A stretch of 64,000 nt of DNA from a bacterium (GTDB lineage Bacteria; SAR324; XYD2-FULL-50-16). Below are positions 38,303 to 48,227 of this stretch, in pieces. The stretch is taken from NCBI GenBank assembly GCA_032250835.1, contig JAVVEA010000004.1, positions 128,001-192,000 on the forward strand, written 5' to 3'. The translations under genes were made by a program, and so were the position numbers. Position 1 is the first letter of the stretch. The number at the start of each line of letters is the position of its first letter. The notes under the pieces were generated by a model. The model did no database searches. It worked only from the letters and a program-made list of their open reading frames with translations, and was not told the DNA's origin.

Positions 38303-39916
38303 TTACTTCAGGTTGCGCCGCTCGTTATAGGGCGGTGCGGTGCTGATCCGGTCATCGACCAACGCCTTGCCGATGGTGAAGTGATAAAAGCTCTGGAAGG
38401 GGCGTCCTTCGAGCTGTAAGTATTCGTGGACTTGGTTGTCGTGGTAACAGCCGATCCCGGTGCCTTGCAGCCCTGCGGCCTCGGCCTCTAGGTACAACAC
38501 CTGCCCCACCATACCACACTCCCAAAAGAGCCTGCGGTACAGCGAGGGGTCTTCTTCTAAGCTCGATCCAAAGGGCACCAACATCCCCAGCGTAAAGGCC
38601 GAATGGCCGCCAATGGCCTGATTGCAACTGACCTGGGCCATCATCTTTCGGGCATTGCCGGTCTCTAATAGGTAAAGGTCCAGGTTGGCTTCGGTTTCGA
38701 TTTTCGACCACATAAACCGCTGAGAAAAAGCCCCTTGCAAGACCGCCAGTTGGGCCTTGTCACGCACTAAGATATAAGTCCCCTGGGCCATGCCCTCGAC
38801 GTTATGCACAAAGAGCAGCAAATCCGCCTTGGGGGCTGGTAGGTCTAGGTCAAAGGGCGCCGCGCCCGCGCGGGGGACCGTCTTTTCTAAGAGGCTGATG
38901 AAATGAGCCTTGTCGGTTCCGCTGGCCTTGGGGTCATAGGCCTGACCGCTGCGGCGGCGTCGGATCAGGGCTTCGGCGTCGGCGTCGGCGGCGGGGCCCT
39001 CAAACCAGGGGCGTTCGGGTAGCGGCTGGGGCCGGAAGGCGCGGTCCGTTTGGATGCTGTCGCTGACCGCTTCTTCGTTGGGCTGCCAGGGGAGGTTGTC
39101 TTTAGAAAGCGGCAACGGCTTGCCCACGAAGGTGAGGTCCGCTAACGCCTCGTCTAGGCCAGCGGGCAGGTCCTGGGGTGCTGCCACCTCTTTGGGGCCG
39201 ATCCACAGCAGCGCTTCAGGCTCTTCGGCCTCGTTTTTGACCCAGGCGGTATGGTGGAAACCCAACAATTGGCCGATCCGTTCCTGGCCCAAACCGTTGA
39301 GCAGCCGCACCTTCCAGCCCAACATATTGGCGGCGATGCTGATAGCCGCCAGGGCATGGCCCAGGTCGTGTTGGACATAGCGGAAGGCCCGCACGCCGTA
39401 CTTCCAAGATTCGCGGATCACGACACTACTTAAGCCCAATAAAAATCCGCCTTCCAGGGCTTCTAGGCCCGCCCGCGCCGCGTCGCTCAGTTCGGCGCGC
39501 CGTTCCAACTGGTGGTGTTCGGGTTGGTAGTGGAAGTGGCCGTCTAGTTGGGCGCTGATAATATGGGCTTCGGTGGGGTGCAGGTTGCCGCTTGAAGGGT
39601 TCATGCGCAGCGCCCAGCGGGCCCCGTCATATTCCTTCCAACAAGAAAGCCCCAAGGACAGCTCTAAAAGCGCGCCGATCCCGCGGGCGTCTACCGTCCA
39701 AGCGGGGGCTTCGGGCGGGATATATAGGTGCTTGCGGGCTAGATTTAAGGGCCCCTCTAAAAAAGGTAGGTCTAGGGTGGGGGCCCCTTGGTAGGTCCTA
39801 AAGGGGTTGGGTTGGTTGTCCCAGTCTAAAAAGGGGAGCGATTCAGCGTAGTTCCCCGGATAATGCTTGCTCGCTTCGTGGTATTCGATGATGTCTTTGC
39901 AGAGAGTCTGCGCCAT
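38303..39916 (-). CDS. SagB/ThcOx-type nitroreductase family protein
   Basis: YHEASKH, LDWDNQPNPFR, LRMNPSSGNLHPTE, RESWKYGVRAFRY, GTGIGCY. Confidence 0.8.
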   Translation of the reverse strand: MAQTLCKDIIEYHEASKHYPGNYAESLPFLDWDNQPNPFRTYQGAPTLDLPFLEGPLNLARKHLYIPPEAPAWTVDARGIGALLELSLGLSCWKEYDGARWALRMNPSSGNLHPTEAHIISAQLDGHFHYQPEHHQLERRAELSDAARAGLEALEGGFLLGLSSVVIRESWKYGVRAFRYVQHDLGHALAAISIAANMLGWKVRLLNGLGQERIGQLLGFHHTAWVKNEAEEPEALLWIGPKEVAAPQDLPAGLDEALADLTFVGKPLPLSKDNLPWQPNEEAVSDSIQTDRAFRPQPLPERPWFEGPAADADAEALIRRRRSGQAYDPKASGTDKAHFISLLEKTVPRAGAAPFDLDLPAPKADLLLFVHNVEGMAQGTYILVRDKAQLAVLQGAFSQRFMWSKIETEANLDLYLLETGNARKMMAQVSCNQAIGGHSAFTLGMLVPFGSSLEEDPSLYRRLFWECGMVGQVLYLEAEAAGLQGTGIGCYHDNQVHEYLQLEGRPFQSFYHFTIGKALVDDRISTAPPYNERRNLK

Positions 39917-39936
39917 GAATCGGGCCTTGTATTAGG

Positions 39937-40776
39937 TTAGAAAAAGTCCACTTCTTCGGAAAGATAGTCTCCTCCCAGCAGAATGTGTTCCTTTTCATAA
40001 CCTGGGAACTTTCCGCCCAAGGCTTCTTCGTAACAAAACACCTTCTGGAAGGGCACGCGGATGCGTACGATGCGGTCGCCGAACTCGCTGGCCCGTTCGA
40101 TATTGGCGCTGTAGGAAGTCAGACAATTGTTGCGCAACACCCACGCTCGAGGCCCTAAAGTGGCCACCCGTTCGGACTCGTCGGCGGCGCTGTTGTAGCC
40201 CCGGTACAGCTCTAGATAGCCCTCGGGAGGTCCAAACCGCTTGAGGTATTCTTGCACATATTCATAAACCAAGTCTAACTGGGCGTAGATGCTGTTGTAG
40301 TGGAACCGAGGGTGCATCTTTTCAGCAAGATAGGCGAGGTATTCGGGGGTGTTCAGCCCCGTCAACAGGCCGTTGTGGTATAGCGCCCGCAAACCGAAGC
40401 GCGACTCCACCCAACCCTTCATCACTGCGCCTTCGGGGCGGTTTGAGTCAAAAAACCAGCCCTTGATCAGCCGCAGAAAACCGGCGCGGTATTTCTTTGA
40501 TTTTCCTTGAACTTCTTGGTCCTCCAAATTAAATAGGGCCCGCATGTGCTCAAAGAAAAGGGGCGCAAATTCCGATTGGGGGTAGCGGTCTAAGACTTCA
40601 AAGAAGGGGCGGTACATCTCGCGAACCCCATTGATATGGACTTCACGAGGTTTCTCGTTGAATTCAGTGGAAGCGAAAATCGGGGTGGGGACGCCGATCA
40701 GATTAGAATAGTGGATGTAAGGATTGTCCATGTCGTAAAGGAGACAATTTGTCGTAAAGGCGACAGTCTCCTCCAA
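39937..40776 (-). CDS. draT: NAD+:dinitrogenase reductase ADP-ribosyltransferase (start may be ATG at 40731)
   Basis: GWFFDSNRPEGAVMKGWVESRFGL, QLDLVYEY, LYRG, ASEFGD. Confidence 0.9.
   Translation of the reverse strand: MEETVAFTTNCLLYDMDNPYIHYSNLIGVPTPIFASTEFNEKPREVHINGVREMYRPFFEVLDRYPQSEFAPLFFEHMRALFNLEDQEVQGKSKKYRAGFLRLIKGWFFDSNRPEGAVMKGWVESRFGLRALYHNGLLTGLNTPEYLAYLAEKMHPRFHYNSIYAQLDLVYEYVQEYLKRFGPPEGYLELYRGYNSAADESERVATLGPRAWVLRNNCLTSYSANIERASEFGDRIVRIRVPFQKVFCYEEALGGKFPGYEKEHILLGGDYLSEEVDFF
40731..40765. promoter_or_regulatory. Tandem NifA sites
   Basis: TGTCGTAAAGGAGACA (40731-40746) and TGTCGTAAAGGCGACA (40750-40765), both TGT-N10-ACA. Confidence 0.75.
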
Positions 40777-40833
40777 TCGAAAGAGAACCGCTTAAGCCCC
40801 GTTTGGCCGCGTTTTAGGAGGCAAACAGCCCGA

Positions 40834-40849
40834 TGGCCCCAGGCTTGCT
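40834..40849 (+). promoter_or_regulatory. sigma54 -24/-12 promoter of nifB
   Basis: TGGCCCCAGGCTTGCT (GG-N10-GC). Confidence 0.75.
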
Positions 40850-40925
40850 CTAAAGAGATTGTCGGTTCGCCTCGGCGGACCTCCCAATTTTTGGTTCTGA
40901 CCCAATACTTGATCAGGAGAACGCC

Positions 40926-42311
40926 GTGAGCAGTTGCAACGTAAAATCGACGGAGATCGAAGATCCCCGTAACGAGGACCACCCCTGTTATTCCGAAAAG
41001 GCACACCACTACTTCGCGCGGATGCACCTATCCGTAGCGCCGGGATGCAATATACAGTGCAACTATTGCAACCGCAAGTACAACTGCGCCAATGAGTCCC
41101 GCCCCGGCGTGGTGGTGGACCAGTTAACGCCTAAAGAGGCGCTCCAGAAGGTCTATTACGTAGCCAGCGAGCTCAAGGAGCTTTCGGTGATTGGGATTGC
41201 CGGTCAGGGTGACTCGCTTTGCAGCGTGCAGCGCACCATGGAGACCATGGACCTGATCAACGAGCACTTCCCGGACCTTAAGCTTTGCCTCTCGACCAAC
41301 GGCTTGATGCTGCCCAAGTACGCCGAAGAGATCGCCAAGCGCGGCGTGGACCATGTGACGGTCACCGTCAACACGCTTAACCCCAAGACCGCTCAGTTGA
41401 TTTATGATTGGGTCAAGGTCGGCGGTAAGAAGCGCAACGACCTGGAGGCCATGGCCTACTTTGCGGCCCGCCAGCTTGAAGGGATCCGTTCGCTGATCAA
41501 TCTAGGCGTGATGGTCAAGGTCAACAGCTTGATGATGCCCGGCATCAACGACGAAGAATTGCCCGCTCTTTCGGCTCGTTTAAAGAAGATGGGGGTGTTC
41601 ATGCACAACATCATGCCCCTAATCGCCAAGGCCGAGCATGGCACCAAGTTCGGCTTAGAAGGCCGCCCGGAGCCCACCGAAGAGCAGATGAACGAAGTCC
41701 GCGAAAAGTGCGGCGACATGAAACAAATGACCCATTGCCACTCTTGCCGTGCCGACGCGGTGGGTAAGTTGGGTGAAGATAAGTTTGAAGAATACGGCAA
41801 GGAGCACTGGCGCAACCTGGAAATCCCCGAAGCCGGGAGCGATTTCAACGCCAAACAACGCGAAGTCTGGCGCGCCCGGATCGCCAACCACTTAGGCCGC
41901 CCCAACCGCGCCGAGGAGACCCCTATTTTGGTCGCCGCCGCCAGCGAGTCGATGGGCTTGATCAACCAGCACTTCGGCCATGCCAAAAAGTTTTATATTT
42001 ACCATGTCTTTAGTAACCGCGCCGAGCTCAAAGAGGTCCGCGAAATCCCCGCGCCTTATTGCAGCGGCGACGAGACCTGCGGCGACAAAGACACCCTTTT
42101 AGACCTGATCATTCGCCGCTTGAGCGATTGTGAGGCCCTGGTCTGCCTGAAGGTAGGCTTCCCGATCTTTAAGAAGTTGGAGGCTGCTGGAATCCTTCCG
42201 GTAATCGACCAGCCCATGCAGCCCATGGTGCGCGCCGTCCAATCTGCCGCTGTGCAGGTCTTGGAAAAGGCCGGACCGGGGCAAACCCAAATGGCCGAGG
42301 AGGTCTCGTGA
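40926..42311 (+). CDS. nifB: FeMo-co biosynthesis radical SAM protein with C-terminal NifX-like domain
   Basis: HPC, CNIQCNYC, ESRPG, TVTVN, CHSCRADAVG, INQHFGHA. Confidence 0.95.
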   Translation: MSSCNVKSTEIEDPRNEDHPCYSEKAHHYFARMHLSVAPGCNIQCNYCNRKYNCANESRPGVVVDQLTPKEALQKVYYVASELKELSVIGIAGQGDSLCSVQRTMETMDLINEHFPDLKLCLSTNGLMLPKYAEEIAKRGVDHVTVTVNTLNPKTAQLIYDWVKVGGKKRNDLEAMAYFAARQLEGIRSLINLGVMVKVNSLMMPGINDEELPALSARLKKMGVFMHNIMPLIAKAEHGTKFGLEGRPEPTEEQMNEVREKCGDMKQMTHCHSCRADAVGKLGEDKFEEYGKEHWRNLEIPEAGSDFNAKQREVWRARIANHLGRPNRAEETPILVAAASESMGLINQHFGHAKKFYIYHVFSNRAELKEVREIPAPYCSGDETCGDKDTLLDLIIRRLSDCEALVCLKVGFPIFKKLEAAGILPVIDQPMQPMVRAVQSAAVQVLEKAGPGQTQMAEEVS

Positions 42312-42511
42312 AAGTTATGGTAAGCAAAGCCGGAGACGGTTACAGCATCTACATCCCCAAAAAAGACCTTGAAGCTAAGGTGGTTTCTACTGAAGCAGGC
42401 GTAGCTTTCGGCGGCACTTGGGAACTGGAAAATGGCGATAAGCTTTACATTGAGCCATTAGATGCCGAGCCTAAGTTGCCGTTGACTATGGTCGCCAAGC
42501 GAGTGGACTAA
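42308..42511 (+). CDS. nifT: NifT/FixU
   Basis: MKVMV...YIPKKDLE...FGG...LPLT. Confidence 0.85.
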   Translation: MKVMVSKAGDGYSIYIPKKDLEAKVVSTEAGVAFGGTWELENGDKLYIEPLDAEPKLPLTMVAKRVD

Positions 42512-42555
42512 ACCAAACCGACCCGAATCCATGCCCTTTAATTCGGAGATCGAAG

Positions 42556-43659
42556 ATGATCGAAATTTTAGATACGACGCTGCGCGACGGTGAACAGACC
42601 CCAGGGGTTTGTTTTTCCGCCGCAGAAAAGCTAGAAATCGCCCGGCGCATCAGCGCTTTGGGCGTCACCTATATTGAAGCGGGCACCCCGGCCATGGGGC
42701 CCGAGGAGCAAGCGGCGGTCACCCAGATCGTCCAAGCAGGCCTGAGCGCCAAAATCGTGACCTGGAATCGGGCCCAAGAGTCGGATTTGATCGCTTCCTT
42801 AGAGACGGGATCAAAACATATCCACCTTTCGCTGCCCGTTTCGGAGCAGTTGATAGCCAAAAAATTAGGTAAGGACCGCCAGTTTGTTTTGGACCGGCTC
42901 AAGTCCTGTTTCGCCTTTTTGGCCGGACAAGGGGCGTTGGAAATTTCGGTCGGAGCCGAAGACGCCAGCCGCGCTGAGCCCGAATTTGTCAAAGAATACG
43001 CACTCTTGGCCCAAGAACTGGGCGCTTGCCGGGTGCGGCTGTGCGATACGCTGGGGGTCTTAAGTCCCTTTAATTTAGCTAAAACCTTTGAACCTACCGT
43101 CAAGGCGCTAAAGGTGGCTTTAGAAATCCACACCCACAACGACTTCGGGATGGCCACCGCCAACGCGCTGGCCGCTGCTCATGCGGGCTTTACGGTGCTT
43201 GATACCACGGTCTTAGGGCTGGGCGAGCGCGCCGGAAACGCGGCTTTAGAAGAATTGGCCTTGGTGCTGATGTTCCATTTGAACCAACCGAGCATCCAGA
43301 CCCAGGGGCTAAAGTCCTTGGCGGCCTTTGTGGCCCAAGCAGCAATGCGGCCCATTCCTTTTGGCAAAAGCATTGTGGGCGAGCGGATCTTTTACCATGA
43401 ATCGGGCATCCACGCCGATGGGGTGATCAAAGACCCGCTCAATTACGAGCCCTTTGCGCCGGAATTGGTCGGGGCCCACCACGAGATTGTGATCGGTAAA
43501 CATTCGGGCCGCCATTCGCTGGCCCACAAGCTAACGCAATTGGGCTTGAGCGCCCAACATGCCGAAGGCTTAATGGAATCGGTAAGGGGCCTGGCTAACG
43601 CCAAGAAGGGCCTTTTAAGCGACCAAGACCTAATGACCTTGGACCAGCAACTGGTCTAA
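42556..43659 (+). CDS. nifV: Homocitrate synthase
   Basis: DTTLRDGEQTPG, HTHNDFGMATAN, GLGERAGNA, HESGIHADG; nif context. Confidence 0.9.
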   Translation: MIEILDTTLRDGEQTPGVCFSAAEKLEIARRISALGVTYIEAGTPAMGPEEQAAVTQIVQAGLSAKIVTWNRAQESDLIASLETGSKHIHLSLPVSEQLIAKKLGKDRQFVLDRLKSCFAFLAGQGALEISVGAEDASRAEPEFVKEYALLAQELGACRVRLCDTLGVLSPFNLAKTFEPTVKALKVALEIHTHNDFGMATANALAAAHAGFTVLDTTVLGLGERAGNAALEELALVLMFHLNQPSIQTQGLKSLAAFVAQAAMRPIPFGKSIVGERIFYHESGIHADGVIKDPLNYEPFAPELVGAHHEIVIGKHSGRHSLAHKLTQLGLSAQHAEGLMESVRGLANAKKGLLSDQDLMTLDQQLV

Positions 43660-43670
43660 AGGCCCCAGCA

Positions 43671-43791
43671 CCCCGCCGGACCCTAATCCTTGGGAGTCCG
43701 TCCAACCAACGGTATCCGGCGGGGTACCTTTTGCCCCGTCGGCCTGAATCCCTGGGAGTCCGTCCAACCAACTGACCCCCCGGCGGGGCAA
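43671..43791. repeat. Tandem pair of hairpins sharing a conserved 26-nt loop
   Basis: CCCCGCCGGA/TCCGGCGGGG and TTGCCCCGTCGG/CCGGCGGGGCAA stems, each enclosing AATCCYTGGGAGTCCGTCCAACCAAC. Confidence 0.8.
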
Positions 43792-43970
43792 TTCCTTCCT
43801 TTCATTCCCCTCGACTACTCACAAGAAGGCCCAAGATCTGAAAAAACGGAAGCTTTTGGGAGCCTCCTTTCGATCAGTTTTCCATTTTTTTTAAGGCCAC
43901 CCCAGCGCCGAATAGCCCAGCTCGACGCAACCCAACAACGCTCTGCCTTCCCTAGAAGTTTCGATTTTAT

Positions 43971-44000
43971 TTGAATTTTTCGGGTTGGTTTCTGTATAAT
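43971..44000 (+). promoter_or_regulatory. Putative sigma70 promoter of the arr operon
   Basis: TTGAAT-N18-TATAAT, followed by GGAGG RBS. Confidence 0.5.
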
Positions 44001-44029
44001 GCTATACGAACCCCATTTGTGGAGGCGTC

Positions 44030-44959
44030 GTGGAACTGATCTTCAACATTCAAGGTATGCCGGTCTGGGATTGGCGGGTGGCGTTGGACCTTTTCTTTGG
44101 TGGTATCGGTGTTGGGGCCTTTTTGGTAGCCCTTCTGGTTGACTGGTTCTACCGCGACCAACAATCCCTGGGGCGCACTGCCGCCAGTTTAAGCCCGGCC
44201 ATGCTCTTGCTGGGCTTTTTGTTTCTGCTCATGAAACTGGGCCGTCCAATGGCCAGTATCCATCTCTTCACCACCTATCAACCTCAGTCGGCTGTTTGGT
44301 GGGGAGGCTGGCTTCAGTCAGCGCTCTTGGCTGGGGTGCTGGTCTATGCCTTTCTTTGGGGGCAAGAGGCCAGCGCGTTCAGGCGCCTTTGGGGTCTTTT
44401 GGTCGCGCCGTTAGCGGTGGCGGTGGCGGCGTACCATGGCTTGTTGCTAGCCTCCTTTAGGGTCCGAAGTCTTTGGGTTTCGACGCCCGCCCTGTTGAGT
44501 GCCCTGTTCGCAGCAATCGCCACGGGCCTAGCCTTAACCCTGTTGGTGCATATTGTCCGGGCCCGTAGCCAAGGCCAGTTGCAAGGGGCTGAGTTGGTGG
44601 ACTATTGGAGAGAGCTGTCGGGTTTGCGCAAACTGTTGGGTGCTGTTTTGATCCTGCAATTGCTGGTCTTGGCCTACTGGTGGCTCCGGTTAAGCGGTGG
44701 GGGCGATGCTGCGGTGCAGGCTTTGAGCGCTGCTACAGCCGCCTATGGCCTAGTCTTTTGGGGGGGCGGCTTGGGCCTGGGGTTGGTTTTGCCTTTGTTG
44801 ATTGGCCTGAATCTAGCCCGCCAGGCCGAAGCTTCCGGTGAGATGGTCTGGACGGGGTTGTGGACGGGTAGTGCCTCGATCTTGTTAGGGGGCTTAGCGC
44901 TCCGTTGGGCAGTGGTCCTAGGGGGGCAATCGGCTCCCCTGTCGATGATCTTAGGTTAA
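44030..44959 (+). CDS. arrC: NrfD/PsrC-family membrane anchor (ArrC-like)
   Basis: WDWRVALDLFFGGIGVG, KLGRP, AYHGLLL, LRWAVVLGGQ; precedes arrA. Confidence 0.75.
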   Translation: MELIFNIQGMPVWDWRVALDLFFGGIGVGAFLVALLVDWFYRDQQSLGRTAASLSPAMLLLGFLFLLMKLGRPMASIHLFTTYQPQSAVWWGGWLQSALLAGVLVYAFLWGQEASAFRRLWGLLVAPLAVAVAAYHGLLLASFRVRSLWVSTPALLSALFAAIATGLALTLLVHIVRARSQGQLQGAELVDYWRELSGLRKLLGAVLILQLLVLAYWWLRLSGGGDAAVQALSAATAAYGLVFWGGGLGLGLVLPLLIGLNLARQAEASGEMVWTGLWTGSASILLGGLALRWAVVLGGQSAPLSMILG

Positions 44960-44968
44960 GGAGTCGCC

Positions 44969-47521
44969 ATGAGCACGAGATTTAGCCGTCGAGAATTCAT
45001 CCAATACGGCAGCGCTGCGGGGCTGCTGGTTTCGGCCCAGAGCGGTATTCCGGTCAGTCGAGTGCTGGCCGAAGCTCCGCCAGCCACGGCCAAGCCCAGC
45101 GAGGAAGACTGGCGCAGCACAACCTGCCAAGGCTGCACCACTTGGTGCTCGGTGCAGGTACAGGTGGAAAAGGGGCGGGCGATTAAATTGCGTGGCAATG
45201 CCGCCTGTAAGGGGAACCACGGGGTAATTTGCCCAAGGCCGCATTTGGCTTTGCAACAGGTTTACGATCCAGACCGGCTCAAGGTCCCTATGAAGCGGAC
45301 CAACCCCAAGAAAGGTCGCGATCAGGACCCTGGCTTTGTCCCCATCACCTGGGATGAGGCCTTGGACCTCTTGTCCGACAAGATGATGGAGTTGCGCGCC
45401 GCCGAATTGACGAACCAGTTTGCGGTGTTGCGTGGTCGATATACCTACATGCGGGACCTGATCTATTCGTCCTTGCCTAAGGTTTTTGGCTCGCCCAACG
45501 GCATCAGTCATTCGGCCATCTGCGCCGAAGCCGAGAAATTTGGTGCCTATTTTACCGAAGGCTTTTGGGACTACCGAGATTACGACCTGGAAAACACCAA
45601 GTATGTGCTTTGTTGGGGGGCCGACCCGCTGGCCTCGAACCGCCAAGTCCCCCATGCGATCAATATGTGGGGGCAGGTCCGCGATCAGGCCAAGATTGCG
45701 GTGGTGGACCCCCGGCTTTCGATCACGGCGGCTAAAGCGAACGAGTGGTTACCGGTCATTCCCGGCGAAGACGGGGCCTTGGCTCTGGCCATGGCGCATG
45801 TGATCTTGGTCGAAGGGCTTTGGAGCCGTGAATTTGTCGGTGACTTTAAGGACCAAACCAACCGCTTTGTGCCCGGTGTTATGGTGGACCTCGGCAGCTT
45901 TAACGAGACCGAGACCTTTGGTGTGGTGGCTTGGTGGAATATCGAACTGAAAGACAAAACCCCCCAATGGGCCTCTGAGCGTTGCGGGATTCCGGCTGAG
46001 CAGATTGCCCGAGTGGCCCGCGAGTTTGCCCAGGCGGCCCCGGCTTGTATGAGTTGGGTTTCTCCGGGGACGGCCATGCAGGTTCGCGGCGGGTACGCTG
46101 CCATGGCGGCCCATGCGCTCAATGGTTTGGTCGGTTCAACAGACCAAAAAGGGGGCGTGGTCCAAAAAACCAAGGTCCCCGCCAGCTCCACCCCGGACTA
46201 TAAACCCTACCAAGACGAACTGGCCCAAAAAGGGTCCAAAGCGAAAAAAATCGACCAGCGCGGTACCCTGGAATTCCCGGCCTTAAAGGAAGGGAAGCCT
46301 GGGGGCGGGGTGGTCACCAACCGAGTGGCCGACGCGATCTTGGAGGGGAATCCCTATGACCTCAAGGTGGTGATTGCTTATTGGAGTAACTTTCCCTTTT
46401 CTTGCTCCGGTGCCCAGCGGTGGGAGGCGGCTTTGAGCAAAATTCCCTTTATGGCCCACGTTACCACCCATGCCTCAGAGATGAGCCATTTTGCTGATTT
46501 GGTGTTGCCTGCGGCGCACCATCTCTTTGAAAAATGGGGCTTCTTAAAGAGCAAACAGAATCTCCATGGGTACGCCACCCTCAACGAACCGGTGGTGGAG
46601 CCTTTGTGGGACGTGCGGATGGATGAAAGTGAGGTTCCCTGGCTGTTAGCCGAAAAGCTGGCTGCTAAGGGGTTTGATAACCTACTGCGTTACTACCGTG
46701 AATCCTTTAAGGACCCAGAATCTGGGCGCGAAGCGAAAGATGCGGCCGAATTCAGCCTCTTTGCGTTGAAGTATTATACCCGGCCTATGTGGGACCCCAG
46801 CCACGAAGACTACGGCAAATACGGCGATGCTATCCCAGGGTGGGATACCTTTGTCAAAGTCGGCGTGTGGAACTCCAAGAAATACGAGTTCAAAAAGAAA
46901 TGGGGCCACTTCAAAACCAAGACCGGCAAGTTTGAGTTTTACTCAAAAACCCTGAAAGCGGCTTTAGAAGCCCACGGCGAAAAACATGGGACCGATGTGG
47001 ACGGGGTGTTGGAGGCGACGCATTATTTAGGCCGAGGTGAGCGGGCCTTTGTGCCGCATTACGAAGAGGCGCTGCGCTGGGGCGAGGTGGAAAAATACCC
47101 CCTGATCTTCTTTGAACACCGCTCCCGTCTCAACCGTGAGGGGCGCTCGGCCAACTGTACTTGGTACCAGGCCCACAAAAATGCCGACCCCGGAGACGAG
47201 AATTGGGGTGACGTGCTGAAGATTAACAGTGTCGACGCGACGGCCCGTGGACTTAAAGACGGCGATGCAATCGAGATCATCTCCCCGACCGGTAAGATCC
47301 GCTCGACCATCAAGGTGTGGGAAGGGGTGCGCCCCGGCACGGTGACCAAATGTTACGGGCAAGGGCATTGGGCTTATGGCCACATTGCCGCAATGGATTT
47401 TAACCGGAGGCTTCCGCGTGGAGGGAACAACAACGAGATCCTCCCGGCCGATTACGAACGGCTAAGCGGCAGCACCGCGCGCCACGGTGGCGTGACTTGG
47501 GTCAATTTGGTCAAACTCTAA
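44969..47521 (+). CDS. arrA: Respiratory arsenate reductase molybdopterin subunit
   Basis: Tat motif SRREFI; CQGCTTWC...ICPR; LRGRY (ArrA-type, not ArxA GRGW); ISHSAICAEAEK; GQGHWAYG. Confidence 0.88.
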   Translation: MSTRFSRREFIQYGSAAGLLVSAQSGIPVSRVLAEAPPATAKPSEEDWRSTTCQGCTTWCSVQVQVEKGRAIKLRGNAACKGNHGVICPRPHLALQQVYDPDRLKVPMKRTNPKKGRDQDPGFVPITWDEALDLLSDKMMELRAAELTNQFAVLRGRYTYMRDLIYSSLPKVFGSPNGISHSAICAEAEKFGAYFTEGFWDYRDYDLENTKYVLCWGADPLASNRQVPHAINMWGQVRDQAKIAVVDPRLSITAAKANEWLPVIPGEDGALALAMAHVILVEGLWSREFVGDFKDQTNRFVPGVMVDLGSFNETETFGVVAWWNIELKDKTPQWASERCGIPAEQIARVAREFAQAAPACMSWVSPGTAMQVRGGYAAMAAHALNGLVGSTDQKGGVVQKTKVPASSTPDYKPYQDELAQKGSKAKKIDQRGTLEFPALKEGKPGGGVVTNRVADAILEGNPYDLKVVIAYWSNFPFSCSGAQRWEAALSKIPFMAHVTTHASEMSHFADLVLPAAHHLFEKWGFLKSKQNLHGYATLNEPVVEPLWDVRMDESEVPWLLAEKLAAKGFDNLLRYYRESFKDPESGREAKDAAEFSLFALKYYTRPMWDPSHEDYGKYGDAIPGWDTFVKVGVWNSKKYEFKKKWGHFKTKTGKFEFYSKTLKAALEAHGEKHGTDVDGVLEATHYLGRGERAFVPHYEEALRWGEVEKYPLIFFEHRSRLNREGRSANCTWYQAHKNADPGDENWGDVLKINSVDATARGLKDGDAIEIISPTGKIRSTIKVWEGVRPGTVTKCYGQGHWAYGHIAAMDFNRRLPRGGNNNEILPADYERLSGSTARHGGVTWVNLVKL

Positions 47522-47534
47522 AAGGGGAGGCAAG

Positions 47535-48227
47535 ATGTTAGGACAGCGATTGGCCATGGTCATTGACCTGCACCGCTGCGTTGGTTGTGCGGCCTGTGAT
47601 ATAGCCTGCAAGAGCGAGAACAACGTACCCCATGATTTTCACTGGTCTAACCACATCATTGAAACGGCGGGCAGCTTCCCTGAAGTGAAGTACCGATACA
47701 TACCCACTCTCTGCAACCACTGCGGTGACGCGCCCTGTGTTGAGGTGTGCCCGACCGGGGCCATGTATAAGGATGACCGGGGCTTGACCTTGCATGATGC
47801 CCCGACCTGCATCGGCTGTCGTTCTTGTCAGTTGGCCTGTCCCTACGGGGCCATCTATTTTAATGAAGACCGACCCTTTCGTGCTTTGGAAGAAACCAAG
47901 CCGCTCATCAAAGGTTGCACGCCCGGCGGAGCTGAGTTGATCCAAAAAACCGGGGAGAACCCACCGCATTACAATCCCGACCGGGCCCGGACGGCGGACG
48001 GGGTGCGGCGCAAAGGGGTGGTGGAAAAATGCACCCTCTGCGACCACCGACTGGAACAAGGCAAGGAACCTTGGTGCGTGGTATCCTGTCCGGCCGAGGC
48101 CCGGACTGTGGGCGATATCAACGACCCCAAGAGCAAGGCCAGCCTGCTGTTGGCAAAACATTCACCCAGAGTACTCAACAAAGAACAAGGGACCCACCCG
48201 CATGTATTCTACATCCGAGAGTTCTGA
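47535..48227 (+). CDS. arrB: Arsenate reductase 4Fe-4S subunit
   Basis: CVGCAACDIAC, CNHCGDAPCVEVCP, CIGCRSCQLACP, KCTLCDHR...CVVSCP. Confidence 0.88.
   Translation: MLGQRLAMVIDLHRCVGCAACDIACKSENNVPHDFHWSNHIIETAGSFPEVKYRYIPTLCNHCGDAPCVEVCPTGAMYKDDRGLTLHDAPTCIGCRSCQLACPYGAIYFNEDRPFRALEETKPLIKGCTPGGAELIQKTGENPPHYNPDRARTADGVRRKGVVEKCTLCDHRLEQGKEPWCVVSCPAEARTVGDINDPKSKASLLLAKHSPRVLNKEQGTHPHVFYIREF

Noticed and set aside
38303-39916. RiPP (azole) biosynthesis cluster from the SagB-like gene
   Set aside because: No YcaO, precursor peptide or transporter nearby
43671-43791. CRISPR array or Moco riboswitch
   Set aside because: Only two units, the intervening sequence forms the stems, no cas genes, and no Moco motif features recognised
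44969-47521. ArxA arsenite oxidase or polysulfide reductase
   Set aside because: Has RGRY and SHSAICAE typical of ArrA rather than the ArxA GRGW motif
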